61,406 nucleotides of DNA, filler included, from Nemertoderma westbladi (GCA_032718475.1; 3 parts of 3 records of this genome joined end to end with filler, not necessarily neighbours in it); one strand, 5' to 3'; shown: positions 26,091 through 39,148, counted from the first letter of the whole stretch. Program-made: numbers and translations. Notes: generated from the letters alone by a model not told the origin.

Positions 26091-28064
26091 AGTAGTAGTA
26101 GTAGTTGTTTATTGACATAATTTTTGAGATGGAAACTCGCATGTAATTCAAACCCTTCACCAATAGAGACACACACATTGATACATTGGCTACATACGTT
26201 AAATGCAATAATACCCTCCACCAATACACACTTAAAATTAAGTCCAATTATACGCCGCTTCGTAATGCAAAAATGCGGAAAAAAAAAATTCAATATATGT
26301 ACATAACGCTTGTTTTTGTTCGTGTTCGTGAAATGGGCTATACTTAATGAGATGTATACTTAATTATTTGATTTATTATTAATTTACGGTTATTTTAATC
26401 CCTTCCTTGTTATTAATTTATACTTGTGCGGGCTCTAATACTTTAATAATCTTATGGCACATTGATGCGGATCGGGTTCCGAGGTTATCAAATACTCTGG
26501 ACAGGGATGACGATGGTGGTGGAAAGTCGAAATCCAAGCGAATACTTTCGGTTAGTGGGCAGACAAAGAATATGTGATGATCTGATTGGGTAGAACCACA
26601 TAAGCATTTACGATTCTCTCTCGGAATCCGAGACCATCGGAGTATCTCCATTGGTAGCCGATGGGAACTCAATCTGATCCTTGAAAATGAGATTCTCTCC
26701 CACTCGGGTACATTAGGGTCAGAGTATAATTCGTGAGGTTACTGAGTTGGGTTGTATGCCACATAATTCACACACCTTGTCGTTATGGCTGTAATAGTTC
26801 GATCTTTTGCAGCTTGGAGTTCCGACATGACATGACCCGTATCTAATAGCTCTTTGGCGTATTTTCCCATTGGTGAGTTTACTGATGTAGCTTCGTTCAT
26901 AATGTAGTTATGATAACTGTCTTTATATCCAGGCCGTGAGGACAATGACCTTAGGAACTTTAACTGCCGATTCTTAATAATACTCTTGACATGTTCAGTG
27001 CCAGTTTCATTAAGGACGAGATCATTTGGTGTTGTTAATCGAACTGAGAGTAGTTGTTTAAGCGTTCTGTAAAACACTGAAACAATTGGTTTGATGTTAT
27101 TACATAACCATGTTTCGCATCCGTATAATAGCGAAGATTGGAGAGCAGCCTGCTATACTGACTTCTTCACGGTAAAGGGAGCGTCACAGTTTTTGCCGAG
27201 GAATGAAGTGAATTTGTGGCAGTTACCAATACGCATCTTAATTTCGTCATCAATTTGAACCGCTACGGGGTGAATTGAAATTAAAGATCCCAAATAGACA
27301 TATGAGGATACAATTGAGATTGTGATGTTCCCTATCAAGATGGGGATTCTGTTGCTATCGAGAGTGGATGAGGTTAGAAATTTCGACTTTTTAGGATGTA
27401 AAGTCATTCCAATTTCATCGCATACATCTTTGAGGATGTTAAGTTTATCAGTTAACTTTGCTCGGGAGGTAGCCAATACACATGTGTCATCCATTAATAA
27501 TGTTCCATGAAGAGAATCTAGCCAACTGCCCTTTCCTAAACGATCCATTTTTGTAATTGTAGGGTCTATGTGTGTACAAAATAATGGACAGCTGGAAGGC
27601 TTACCCTGTCCTACACCGCCCGTACTCTCAAACGTTGTGTTGCCTATTACATTTATAGTCTCCTGCATTGATACTGATAAAGCCATAAGAAACCTTCTGC
27701 CACAACCCATCTGTTTCAATTTCCTGAGTAAGACTATCCTGTCAACTTTGTCATAGGCCTTCTCGTAGTCGATGAAGGCAATGAATAACTCTCGCTTTGT
27801 TTTGATGGCAATATCGATTGCCAAACGAACACACAATATCTGTTCAGTACAGCCTCGTCCCTTCTGTGCGCCTGCCTGATATTGAGACGGTTTCGACCAT
27901 AAATTAAACCGCTCAGTAAGGACGGAGTCGTACAATTTAGACAAGACCGGAGCGACCGAAATTCCCCGATAATTCTCTGGTAGTGACTTAATTCCTTTCT
28001 TAAAAATCGTAAACATCAGGGAGGTGGACCAATCTGTGGGGTATGGGACCTTACCAGAGAAAAC
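26091..28064 (-). mobile_element. 5'-truncated non-LTR retrotransposon with an LMDD RT and a C-terminal Cys/His finger (RTEX/Proto2-like; clade uncertain)
   Basis: One frame with two nonsense codons (27153, 26739): IFKKG…ENYRGIS, FIDYEKAYD, GVGQG, LLMDD, YVYLG, LLYGCETW, RLSSHRL…CLCG…HIFFVC. AATAAA followed by a (CTA)n tail at about 26091-26112. Confidence 0.9.
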
Positions 28065-29009
28065 ACTGGGTAATCAAACAAATTATTAATTAACTTGCCT
28101 TTGAGGAATGTCGTCCATAGTGGATTGATTAGAACCTCGCAGATACGCCGGCGGTGCCCCGTGACAGCTGATTGGCATAAACCCTCGGGGGAGTGGGCCA
28201 GTAGGGTTGAGCGCGTATGAGTTAGGCATTCGCATGGTTGAATAAGGCAAGGTGGAGGAGGGGATTGGTTGAGGGCTGGACACCGAGGTCGGCAGTCGAG
28301 TGTGGTGCGGATGTAGATGCTGCCAGTCTGAGTGGGAGAACAAGCGAGAGCCATCCAATTGGTTGCACGTTTCTACTAAGTTCGACCTGAAAGCAGATAA
28401 ATAACGTAGCGGTGCAAACGGGGAAGATAATATCTAACTGCATATTTTATGTGAAAAATAGCGGTTTTTCAGTGGACCCAAGATTGGGGACTTAATTGAA
28501 CTGATTGATTTGTATTTCACGTTATATTATAGGGTCCCTAAATTTTTGTCCCGATGAAGAAAAAGCCTCTCCATGGAAAGAAACACAGGAATTACTTTCA
28601 TTCTGGGGAAAAAAATACCGTGTAACTGCATGGCACAGCTGCTATCAGATAGCAAACGTGCATCAAACTGTGAGATAACAGATTGTGACTGCAGTTGGTC
28701 GAACCGATCGCAGCTGGAACTTATGGCATCGGAACTCCTAATAGTTCGTTGGAAATGAACGCAACTAATTCACAAAAATAATAATTTCACAAAATAGAGT
28801 TGCTGCGGTCAATTTTAATTCAAATTAGAAGATAATAATTACCGTTGCGGTCAGGGCCGTACCGTGCGGGGGGGGGGGGGGGGGGGGGGGGGTGCACCAT
28901 ACGGGCCTGGTGGCGGTATCTGATGGAACCAAGTTAATTGTTGGATAACCTCTAAGATGTAAATAAAACCGTAAAAAATCGATCAAAAAACTAATTGACC
29001 ACAGGGGGA

Positions 29010-32000
29010 CAATGTGGGACACAGTGGGACTCCGCTGTGATGGGGGCCAATGTGGGACACAGTGGGACTCCGCTGTGACCCAGGGACCCAATGTGGGACA
29101 CAGTGGGACTCCGCTGTGACCCAGGGACCCAATGTGGGACACAGTGGGACTCCGCTGTGACCCAGGGACCCAATGTGGGACACAGTGGGACTCCGCTGTG
29201 ACCCAGGGGACCCAATGTGGGACACAGTGGGACTCCGCTGAGACCCAGGGGACCCAATGTGGGACACAGTGGGACTCCGCTGTGACCCAGGGGACCCAAT
29301 GTGGGACACAGTAGGACTCCGCTGAGACCCAGGGGACCCAATGTGGGACACAGTGGGACTCCGCTGTGACCCAGGGGACCCAATGTGGGACACAGTGGGA
29401 CTCCGCTGTGACCCAGGGGACCCAATGTGGGACACAGTGGGACTCCGCTGAGACCCAGGGGACCCAATGTGGGACACAGTGGGACTCCGCTGTGACCCAG
29501 GGACCCAATGTGGGACACAGTGGGACTCCGCTGTGACCCAGGGACCCAATGTGGGACACAGTGGGACTCCGCTGGGACCCAATGTGGGACACAGTGGGAC
29601 TCCGCTGAGACCCAGGGGACCCAATGTGGGACACAGTGGGACTCCGCTGTGACCCAGGGGACCCAATGTGGGACACAGTAGGACTCCGCTGAGACCCAGG
29701 GGACCCAATGTGGGACACAGTGGGACTCCGCTGTGACCCAGGGGACCCAATGTGGGACACAGTGGGACTCCGCTGTGACCCAGGGGACCCAATGTGGGAC
29801 ACAGTGGGACTCCGCTGAGACCCAGGGGACCCAATGTGGGACACAGTGGGACTCCGCTGAGACCCAGGGACCCAATGTGGGACACAGTGGGACTCCGCTG
29901 TGACCCAGGGGACCCAATGTGGGACACAGTGGGACTCCGCTGAGACCCAGGGGACCCAATGTGGGACACAGTGGGACTCCGCTGTGACCCAGGGGACCCA
30001 ATGTGGGACACAGTAGGACTCCGCTGAGACCCAGGGGACCCAATGTGGGACACAGTGGGACTCCGCTGTGACCCAGGGGACCCAATGTGGGACACAGTGG
30101 GACTCCGCTGTGACCCAGGGGACCCAATGTGGGACACAGTGGGACTCCGCTGAGACCCAGGGGACCCAATGTGGGACACAGTGGGACTCCGCTGAGACCC
30201 AGGGGACCCAATGTGGGACACAGTGGGACTCCGCTGTGACCCAGGGGACCCAATGTGGGACACAGTGGGACTCCGCTGTGACCCAGGGGACCCAATGTGG
30301 GACACAGTGGGACTCCGCTGAGACCCAGGGGACCCAATGTGGGAAACAGTGGGACTCCGCTGTGACCCAGGGGACCCAATGTGGGACACAGTGGGACTCC
30401 GCTGTGACCCAGGGGACCCAATGTGGGACACAGTGGGACTCCGCTGTGACCCAGGGGACCCAATGTGGGACACAGTGGGACTCCGCTGTGACCCAGGGGA
30501 CCCAATGTGGGACACAGTGGGACTCCGCTGTGACCCAGGGGACCCAATGTGGGACACAGTGGGACTCCGCTGTGACCCAGGGGACCCAATGTGGGACACA
30601 GTGGGACTCCGCTGTGACCCAGGGACCCAATGTGGGACACAGTGGGACTCCGCTGTGACCCAGGGGACCCAATGTGGGACACAGTGGGACTCCGCTGTGA
30701 CCCAGGGACCCAATGTGGGACACAGTGGGACTCCGCTGTGACCCAGGGGACCCAATGTGGGACACAGTGGGACTCCGCTGTGACCCAGGGGACCCAATGT
30801 GGGACACAGTGGGACTCCGCTGTGACCCAGGGGACCCAATGTGGGACACAGTGGGACTCCGCTGTGACCCAGGGGACCCAATGTGGGACACAGTGGGACT
30901 CCGCTGTGACCCAGGGGACCCAATGTGGGACACAGTGGGACTCCGCTGTGACCCAGGGACCCAATGTGGGACACAGTGGGACTCCGCTGTGACCCAGGGA
31001 CCCAATGTGGGACACAGTGGGACTCCGCTGTGACCCAGGGACCCAATGTGGGACACAGTGGGACTCCGCTGTGACCCAGGGACCCAATGTGGGACACAGT
31101 GGGACTCCGCTGTGACCCAGGGACCCAATGTGGGACACAGTGGGACTCCGCTGTGACCCAGGGACCCAATGTGGGACACAGTGGGACTCCGCTGTGACCC
31201 AGGGACCCAATGTGGGACACAGTGGGACTCCGCTGTGACCCAGGGATCCAATGTGGGACACAGTGGGACTCCGCTGTGACCCAGGGACCCAATGTGGGAC
31301 ACAGTGGGACTCCGCTGTGATGGGGGCCAATGTGGGACACAGTGGGACTCCGCTGTGACCCAGGGGACCCAATGTGGGACACAGTGGGACTCCGCTGTGA
31401 CCCAGGGGACCCAATGTGGGACACAGTGGGACTCCGCTGTGACCCAGGGGACCCAATGTGGGACACAGTGGGACTCCGCTGTGACCCAGGGACCCAATGT
31501 GGGACACAGTGGGACTCCGCTGTGACCCAGGGGACCCAATGTGGGACACAGTGGGACTCCGCTGTGACCCAGGGACCCAATGTGGGACACAGTGGGACTT
31601 CGCTGTGATCCAGGGACCCAATGTGGGACACAGTGGGACTCCGCTGTGACCCAGGGACCCAATGTGGGACACAGTGGGACTCCGCTGTGACCCAGGGACC
31701 CAATGTGGGACACAGTGGGACTCCGCTGTGACCCAGGGACCCAATGTGGGACACAGTGGGACTCCGCTGTGACCCAGGGACCCAATGTGGAACACAGTGG
31801 GACTCCGCTGTGACCCAGGGACCCAATGTGGGACACAGTGGGACTCCGCTGTGACCCAGGGACCCAATGTGGGACACAGTGGGACTCCACTGTGACCCAG
31901 GGGACCCAATGTGGGACACAGTGGGACTCCGCTGTGACCCAGGGGACCCAATGTGGGACACAGTAGGACTCCGCTGTGACCCAGGGGACCCAATGTGGGA

Positions 32001-32368
32001 CACAGTGGGACTCCGCTGTGACCCAGGGACCCAATGTGGGACACAGTGGGACTCCGCTGTGACCCAGGGGACCCAATGTGGGACACAGTGGGACTCCGCT
32101 GTGACCCAGGGGACCCAATGTGGGACACAGTGGGACTCCGCTGTGACCCAGGGGACCCAATGTGGGACACAGTAGGACTCCGCTGTGACCCAGGGACCCA
32201 AGGTGGGACACAGTGGGACTCCGCTGTGACCCAGGAGACCCAATGTGGGACACAGTGGGACTCCGCTGTGACCCAGGGACCCAATGTGGGACACAGTGGG
32301 ACTCCGCTATGACCCAGGGGACCCAATGTGGGACACAGTGGGACTCCGCTGTGACCCAGGGGACCCAG
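29010..32368 (+). repeat. 41/42-bp GC-rich tandem array (CAATGTGGGACACAGTGGGACTCCGCTGTGACCCAGGGGACC)n, about 80 copies, at the 5' end of the CRE element
   Basis: Direct periodicity. The 42-bp unit reads TQGTQCGTQWDSAV, and the last units are in frame with the RT ORF. Confidence 0.97.
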
Positions 32369-35300
32369 GCTAACGATCCGGATCCCGCAGCAACTCCCTC
32401 TCCTCTTCCATCGGGGCCATCGACATCCAACCGACTGGAGGTTGCCTTCGATGGGCCGTGGCTTAATGCCCCCGGTTCGTTGACCGATCCGGACTGGGAG
32501 GCCCGCCACGCCTGCCTCACCCGGGTGGTCTGTCGCCAGTACACGGTGCCAGGCGGCAACGTTGGGCGCAAAGTGGCGGACGTGCTTGCAAGCGAGGTGG
32601 AGAAGTTGACTGAGGGGGTCTACCCCTCGGAGAGACCCCTTTGTTTCCTTGCCACGATGTTCCAGCGGGACCCCGATGTGGTGAAGGGGGCGGACATCCG
32701 GCGGACCATTCTGCGTCGACTCGGGATGTGGGAACGGGAGGAGTTCCGTCAGCTCATAGCTGAGGCGGAGCGCTGCAGCGCGAGATTCGCCCGCTCCCTT
32801 CGCTCAGCCCCACCTAACATGGCCAGGACCTACAACCGGAAGATCCTGGCCGGGCAGAACCGGTCCGCGGTCCGCCTCGTAACGGACCGGGACAGCGGCG
32901 GAGTGCTGGACCCCGAGTCCCAGGCTGAGGGTCAGCCGGTCGGCGTAACCGTTTGCGACGCCCTCGACGCGAAACACCCGGCTCAGTTGTACGTCTCGCC
33001 AGACGCGTTCGACCAGTGCGACGAGTTGCCCCCCTTCGAAGCGGTGGACATTACGGGGCAACTCGTCTTGAAGGTATCGCGGTACCTTAGTGGTAGCGCC
33101 GGGCCCATTGGTGGTGACGCTGAACTGTGGAGTGCCCTCCTCACCCGCTACGAGGCGCACAGCGAGGCAGTCGCCGGGTTGGCTCGACGCCTCGCCAACT
33201 CGGTGGTCCCGTGGGGGGAAATCCAGGCGCTCCGAGCGTGCCGCCTCGTCGCTATCGACAAGGAGCCCGGCGTCCGGCCGATCGGGATCGGTGAAGTTCT
33301 GTACCGGCTCACCACGAACTGTCTCACCTCGGCCACTAAAATGGACTTTATAACTGAGTGTGGGGCGGACCAGCTCTGTGCGGGAGTGAAGGCTGGGATT
33401 GAAGGTGCGGTCCATGCGATGTCAGTGATGTTCAAGCAACCCTCCACCGAGTGTATGCTCCTCGTTGACGCCGCAAATGCCTTCAACAGCCTGAGTCGCC
33501 CTGTGGCCTTGTGGAACGCGCGCGTTTACTGGCACCGGTGCTCCCGGTACCTGTATAACGCTTATAACGGTCACGCAGCCCTCTACCTACAGGGGTCTAG
33601 CAAACCACTGTGGAGTAGGGAGGGCTATACGCAGGGCGACCCGGCCGCCATGCTGGGCTACGGCTGTGGGACTCTCCCCATGGTCCGCTCGCTGAGGGAA
33701 GTCGGATCGCTAACGCCCCCTAGCAATCCGCCACCCTGCAACCTGCCACTCAGACTCAGTGATCCGCCACCCGGTGACCCGCCATCCAGCGATCCGCCAC
33801 CCAGAGACCCGTCGTCCGGCGTCCCGCAATCCGGCGACCAGAAACCCAGAGATCCGTCATCAGACGACCTGCAATCCGGCGAACCGCCACCCAGAGACCC
33901 GACACCCTGCGACCTGCCACCCGGCGACATGCCACACTTCGACCCGCTACCCGGCGACCCGCCCACCCGCCACCTGGCAACCCACCACCCATCGACCCGC
34001 CACCCGGCGACACGCTACCCATCGACCCGCCACCCGGCGACCCGCCACCCGGCGACCCGCCACCCGGCGACCCACCACCCGGCGACCCGCCACCCGGCGA
34101 CCCGCCAACTGGCAACCCGCCACCCGGCGACACGCCGCCCTATGACCCACCACTCAGACTCGGTGATCCGCCACCTGGCGACCCGCCAACGAGGCACCCG
34201 CCACACAGAGACCCGCCACCCTGCGACCCGCGACCCAGAGACCCACTATCCACCAATACACCACCCAGAGACCCGCTACCCGTCAACACGCAACCCTGCT
34301 ACCCACCACCCAGAGACCCGCCACCTGTAAGTACCACCTGCTGGCAAAAGCAGTGTTGGTACGCTGATGACGCCTCGTCAGCGGGGTCCGTTGCCGGAGT
34401 GTGGGAATGGTGGGAGGAGTTGCGCCACTGTGGACCCCGAATTGGCTACAAACCGGAGCCCGCAAAGAGCTACCTTGTTGTAAAACCGGAGTACGCGAGG
34501 AGGGCGACGGAGGTGTTTGGGGATTCTGGAGTCCGGATCGTATCCGGCCACCGTTTCCTCGGTGGTTACGTGGGGGACTCCCAGGGACTGTGGGAGTTCA
34601 TAGCGGAGAAAGTGGCGGGGTGGGTTGCGAGTATCGGCCAGCTCTCCGAGGTGGCTGTGGAGTACCCGCAGACCACCCACACCGGTATGTCCCGCTGCAT
34701 CCAGGCGGAGTGGGACTACCTACTCCGGGTGGTGGAGACAAGGGACGAGGATCTGGCGCCAATCCACCAGGAGCTGTTGCGGCGCTTCATCCCGGCCCTC
34801 TTTGGGACTTCCCCCAGATCTGTGGATGAGGAGCTCGTCCTCCTTCCTGTCCGCCATGGTGGGATCGGGATCCGGGACCCCCTGATGCGGAGGGGTCATG
34901 CGAGGGAGGCGTCGCTATCTGGGACTGCTGGGGTGGTCGAGGCACTGACGACTGGTTGTCCCCTCAACGTTGCTGACCACTCCGCCTGCCTCGCCTCCGC
35001 GTTGGCTGCGAGTCGCGTCACCCAGGACGCCGCCTATAAGGCAGCAATGGAGTCCGCCATCCAATCCGTCCCGGCCGAAAGGCACCGTACTGTGGACCGT
35101 ACGGTGTCCCACAAGACGGGTGGGTGGCTGTCGGCGCAGCCCTCCGTGGTCGATAACACCGACCTGGCCCCGGAGGTGTTCCGAGACAACCTCGCGCTGA
35201 GGTACGGCCTCACTCCGCCCAGCCTCCCAGCGAAGTGTGAGGGGTGTGGGGAGCCGTTTACGACAACCCACGCCCTGAACTGCAAGTCGGGTGGCCTGAT

Positions 35301-35886
35301 TATAAAGCGGCACAATGAGGTCCGGGAGGTCTTCGGGGACCTTATCGCCTCTGCCTTTGGTGGGTCGTGTGTGCAGCGTGAAGTCACGCTGTGCACTGGC
35401 TACCTGGACAGAAGGGGCCGCGAGGTGGGAGGAGTTAGGGCTGATCTCCTGGCGAGGGGAGTCTGGACCGAGCAGAGGGTGGCGTCTTTCGATATTGCGA
35501 TCGTAAACGCCAACGCCCCCTCATATGCTCACCGGTCCTTGGACTCTGTCCTCGAGCAGAGAGTCCGAGCCAAGAAGGTGCACTATAGCGCGGTGTGCGA
35601 GGATAGAAGGTTCTCTTTCACCCCCCTTGTCGGAACCACCAATGGGGTGTGGTGCAAGGAGACCAATACCTTCATCAGCCACCTCGCTGAGACCCTTGTG
35701 GCTCGGCGGCAGGGGATGCGGGATCGTGGCCTAGCCTGCGTTCTCGGGGGAGTTCGGAGGCGGCTTCAGTTCGCGCTCCTCCGCTCCAACTCCCTCTGTT
35801 TGCGTGGTGGCCGGCGTCCCTGGAGGGCGCTGGGCTTTGGGGATGGTGCGGGTTTGCGGGGGAATGACCTCGCAGACCATTATTAA
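32213..35886 (+). pseudogene. CRE RT-REL polyprotein, split by a single frameshift near 33962 inside a Pro-rich insert
   Basis: The first frame carries RT motifs up to QGD. The second frame is open from 33961 or earlier through (DPPPG)n, WYADD and REL to 35886. Confidence 0.85.
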
Positions 35887-36029
35887 TTCACAGTGCACCT
35901 TTTTTAATTGTATGTTAAATTTTATTGTCTTAATTGTTTTGTTCTGATTGGTGGTGGGATGCTGGTGCAGTTTTATATTTAATTTTGGATTTATGGATTT
36001 GGATATTATACTAGTTTCTTATTTGTTCC

Positions 36030-36356
36030 AATAATAACGAACAATAATAGAATAATAACGAACATTAATATAATAATAACGAACAATAATAGAATATAAC
36101 GAACAATAATCGAATAATACCGAACAATAATCGAATAATAACAAACAATAATAGAATAATAACGAACAATAATAGAATAATAACGAATAATTATAGAATA
36201 ATAAAGAACAATAATAGAATAATAACAAACAATAATAGAATAATAACGAACAATAATAGAATAATAACGAACAATAATAGAATAATAACGAACAATAATA
36301 GAATAATAACGAACAATAATAGAATAATAACGAACAATAATAGAATAATAACGAAC
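36030..36356. repeat. 21-bp AT-rich minisatellite (AATAATAGAATAATAACGAAC)n
   Basis: About 15 copies. On the minus strand the array starts exactly at the GT donor of the orphan exon. Confidence 0.93.
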
Positions 36357-36840
36357 CTGCTCATTAAACGATCCCTTAGGTATTTGTTAGATGACGATCG
36401 ACTATTAGCGAATGATTCCATCTCCACGGGTTGCCGGTAAGTAACCAACCCGCCTCCTTCCTCTTCGCTCTTGATCCGTGGTTGGGGGGGCCACTCGATC
36501 GCCTCCGGGTTCCTACCCCCTCCACTGCCCCCCATGTATTGGCTGCCATTAGCCCCCACATATTGACTGGCCCCTCCACTGCCCCCCACATATGGACTGC
36601 CCCCCATGTATTGGCTGCCATTGGCCCCCATGTATTGACTGCCCCCTCCACTGCCCCCCATGTATTGGCTGCTATTGGCTCCCATATATTGACTACCCCC
36701 TCCTCGGCCTCGCGAAGATTTGGCCCCGTCAAGAAGTGAGACGATAGTCGGAGATACCGTAACCACGGGGATGGGAGTGACGCGGGGTGCCGAGCACAAC
36801 GAGTGGTGGGAACCCTGAATTATAGCCGAGTCCGCAGCGT
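36357..36840 (-). CDS. Orphan internal coding exon with Gly/Ser/Tyr/Met repeats and an IKSE motif; parent gene unidentified
   Basis: GC-rich open frame in AT-rich surroundings, bounded by ttttatttaacag| and AG|GTTCGT. Contains SQYMGG/SQYMGA repeats. Confidence 0.6.
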
Positions 36841-37078
36841 CTGTTAAATAAAATGATGACGTCACTTAAATATATTTCTTCTGAAACAAATCTGCGTTGG
36901 TTTGTCATTTTTGCAAATTTTTTTTTAAAGAAGATGCTCCCTTTTTAGGGTAAATTTAATTGTCAATATTTCAATAAAAAAAAATACGGATGTTAAAATA
37001 TATATACAGTTGTCACATTAAAACAATAAAATTAATTAAAATACGAAAGAGTACTGTAAATATATTAAAAGTAAGCTC

Positions 37079-39148
37079 GGTGGGGATTATTCTCTAGTGG
37101 AGGAAGTATAGACAGTCGAGGGCAGTGGGGATTATTCTCTAGTGGAGGAAGTATAGACAGTCGAGGGCGGTGGGGATTATTCTATAGTGGAGGAAGTATA
37201 GACAGCCGAGGGCGGTGGGGATTATTCTATAGTGGAGGAAGTATAGACAGCCAAGGGCGGTGGGGATTATTCTCTAGTGGAGGAAATATAGACAGTCGAG
37301 GGCGGTGGGGATTATTCTCTAGTGGAGGAAGTATAGACAGTCGAGGGCAGTGGGGATTATTCTATAGTGGAAGAAGTATAGACAGTCGAGGGCGGTGGGG
37401 ATTATTCTCTAGTGGAGGAAGTATAGACAGTCGAGGGCGGTGGGGATTATTCTATAGTCGAGGAAGTATAGACAGTCGAGGGCGGTGGGGATTATTCTCT
37501 AGTGGAAGAAGTATAGACAGCCGAGGGCGGTGGGGATTATTCTCTAGTGGAAGAAGTATAGACAGTCGAGGGCGGTGGGGATTATTCTCTAGTGGAGGAA
37601 GTATAGACAGTCGAGGGCAGTGGGGATTATTCTATAGTGGAAGAAGTATAGACAGTCGAGGGCGGTGGGGATTATTCTCTAGTGGAGGAAATATAGACAG
37701 TCGAGGGCGGTGGGGATTATTCTCTAGTGGAGGAAGTATAGACAGCCAAGGGCGGTGGGGATTATTCTCTAGTGGAGGAAATATAGACAGTCGAGGGCGG
37801 TGGGGATTATTCTCTAGTGGAGGAAGTATAGACAGTCGAGGGCAGTGGGGATTATTCTATAGTGGAAGAAGTATAGACAGTCGAGGGCGGTGGGGATTAT
37901 TCTCTAGTGGAGGAAGTATAGACAGTCGAGGGCGGTGGGGATTATTCTCTAGTGGAGGAAGTATAGACAGCCGAGGGCGGTGGGGATTATTCTCTAGTGG
38001 AGGAAGTATAGACAGCCGAGGGCGGTGGGGATTATTCTCTAGTGGAGGAAGTATAGACAGTCGAGGGCGGTGGGGATTATTCTCTAGTGGAGGAAGTATA
38101 GACAGCCAAGGGCGGTGGGGATTATTCTCTAGTGGAGGAAATATAGACAGTCGAGGGCGGTGGGGATTATTCTCTAGTGGAGGAAGTATAGACAGTCGAG
38201 GGCAGTGGGGATTATTCTATAGTGGAAGAAGTATAGACAGTCGAGGGCGGTGGGGATTATTCTCTAGTGGAGGAAGTATAGACAGTCGAGGGCGGTGGGG
38301 ATTATTCTCTAGTGGAGGAAGTATAGACAGCCGAGGGCGGTGGGGATTATTCTCTAGTGGAGGAAGTATAGACAGCCGAGGGCGGTGGGGATTATTCTCT
38401 AGTGGAGGAAGTATAGACAGTCGAGGGCGGTGGGGATTATTCTCTAGTGGAAGAAGTATAGACAGCCGAGGGCGGTGGGGATTATTCTCTAGTGGAAGAA
38501 GTATAGACAGTCGAGGGCGGTGGGGATTATTCTCTAGTGGAGGAAGTATAGACAGTCGAGGGCGGTGGGGATTATTCTATAGTCGAGGAAGTATAGACAG
38601 CCGAGGGCGGCGGGGATTATTCTCTAGTGGAGGAAGTATAGACAGCCAAGGGCGGTGGGGATTATTCTCTAGTGGAAGAAGTATAGACAGCCGAGGGCGG
38701 TGGGGATTATTCTCTAGTGGAAGAAGTATAGACAGCCGAGGGCGGTGGGGATTATTCTCTAGTGGAAGAAGTATAGACAGTCGAGGGCGGTGGGGATTAT
38801 TCTCTAGTGGAGGAAGTATAGACAGTCGAGGGCGGTGGGGATTATTCTCTAGTGGAGGAAGTATAGACAGCCGAGGGCGGTGGGGATTATTCTCTAGTGG
38901 AGGAAGTATAGACAGCCGAGGGCGGTGGGGATTATTCTCTAGTGGAGGAAGTATAGACAGTCGAGGGCGGTGGGGATTATTCTCTAGTGGAGGAAGTATA
39001 GACAGCCGAGGGCGGTGGGGATTATTCTCTAGTGGAAGAAGTATAGACAGCCGAGGGCGGTGGGGATTATTCTCTAGTGGAAGAAGTATAGACAGTCGAG
39101 GGCGGTGGGGATTATTCCCTAGTGGAGAAAGTATAGACAGTCGAGGGT
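37079..39148. repeat. 45-bp minisatellite (GGTGGGGATTATTCTCTAGTGGAGGAAGTATAGACAGTCGAGGGC)n, about 46 copies
   Basis: Strict 45-nt periodicity; strongly purine-skewed. Confidence 0.97.

Larger units (their letters stand above)
29000..36015 (+). mobile_element. CRE-clade non-LTR retrotransposon (RT plus restriction-like endonuclease), near complete, with one frameshift in the unique coding region
   Basis: GVRPIGIGE, QLCAGVKAGIEGAVH, LLVDAANAFN, TQGDP, WYADD (34357-34371), RFLGG, CEGC…HALNC, RHNEVR, RADL…FD…K..HY…F.PLV. Stop at 35886, followed by an AT-rich 3' UTR. Confidence 0.92.

Noticed and set aside
24011-26120. LRR-like repetitive ORFs (ILVELSTLLGNQTN)n
   Set aside because: They are translations of the 42-bp satellite, with frames switching at 43-bp units and no unique domain.
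28825-32571. Three minus-strand ORFs longer than 1100 aa
   Set aside because: They are antisense read-through of the stop-free 41/42-bp array, not genes.
34327-34353. GTAAGT…CAG as a 27-nt intron rescuing the CRE ORF
   Set aside because: The downstream frame is already open through it, and the frameshift lies near 33962.
37079-39148. Regular arrays as possible CRISPR loci
   Set aside because: The units are head-to-tail with no unique spacers, there are no cas genes, and the context is eukaryotic.
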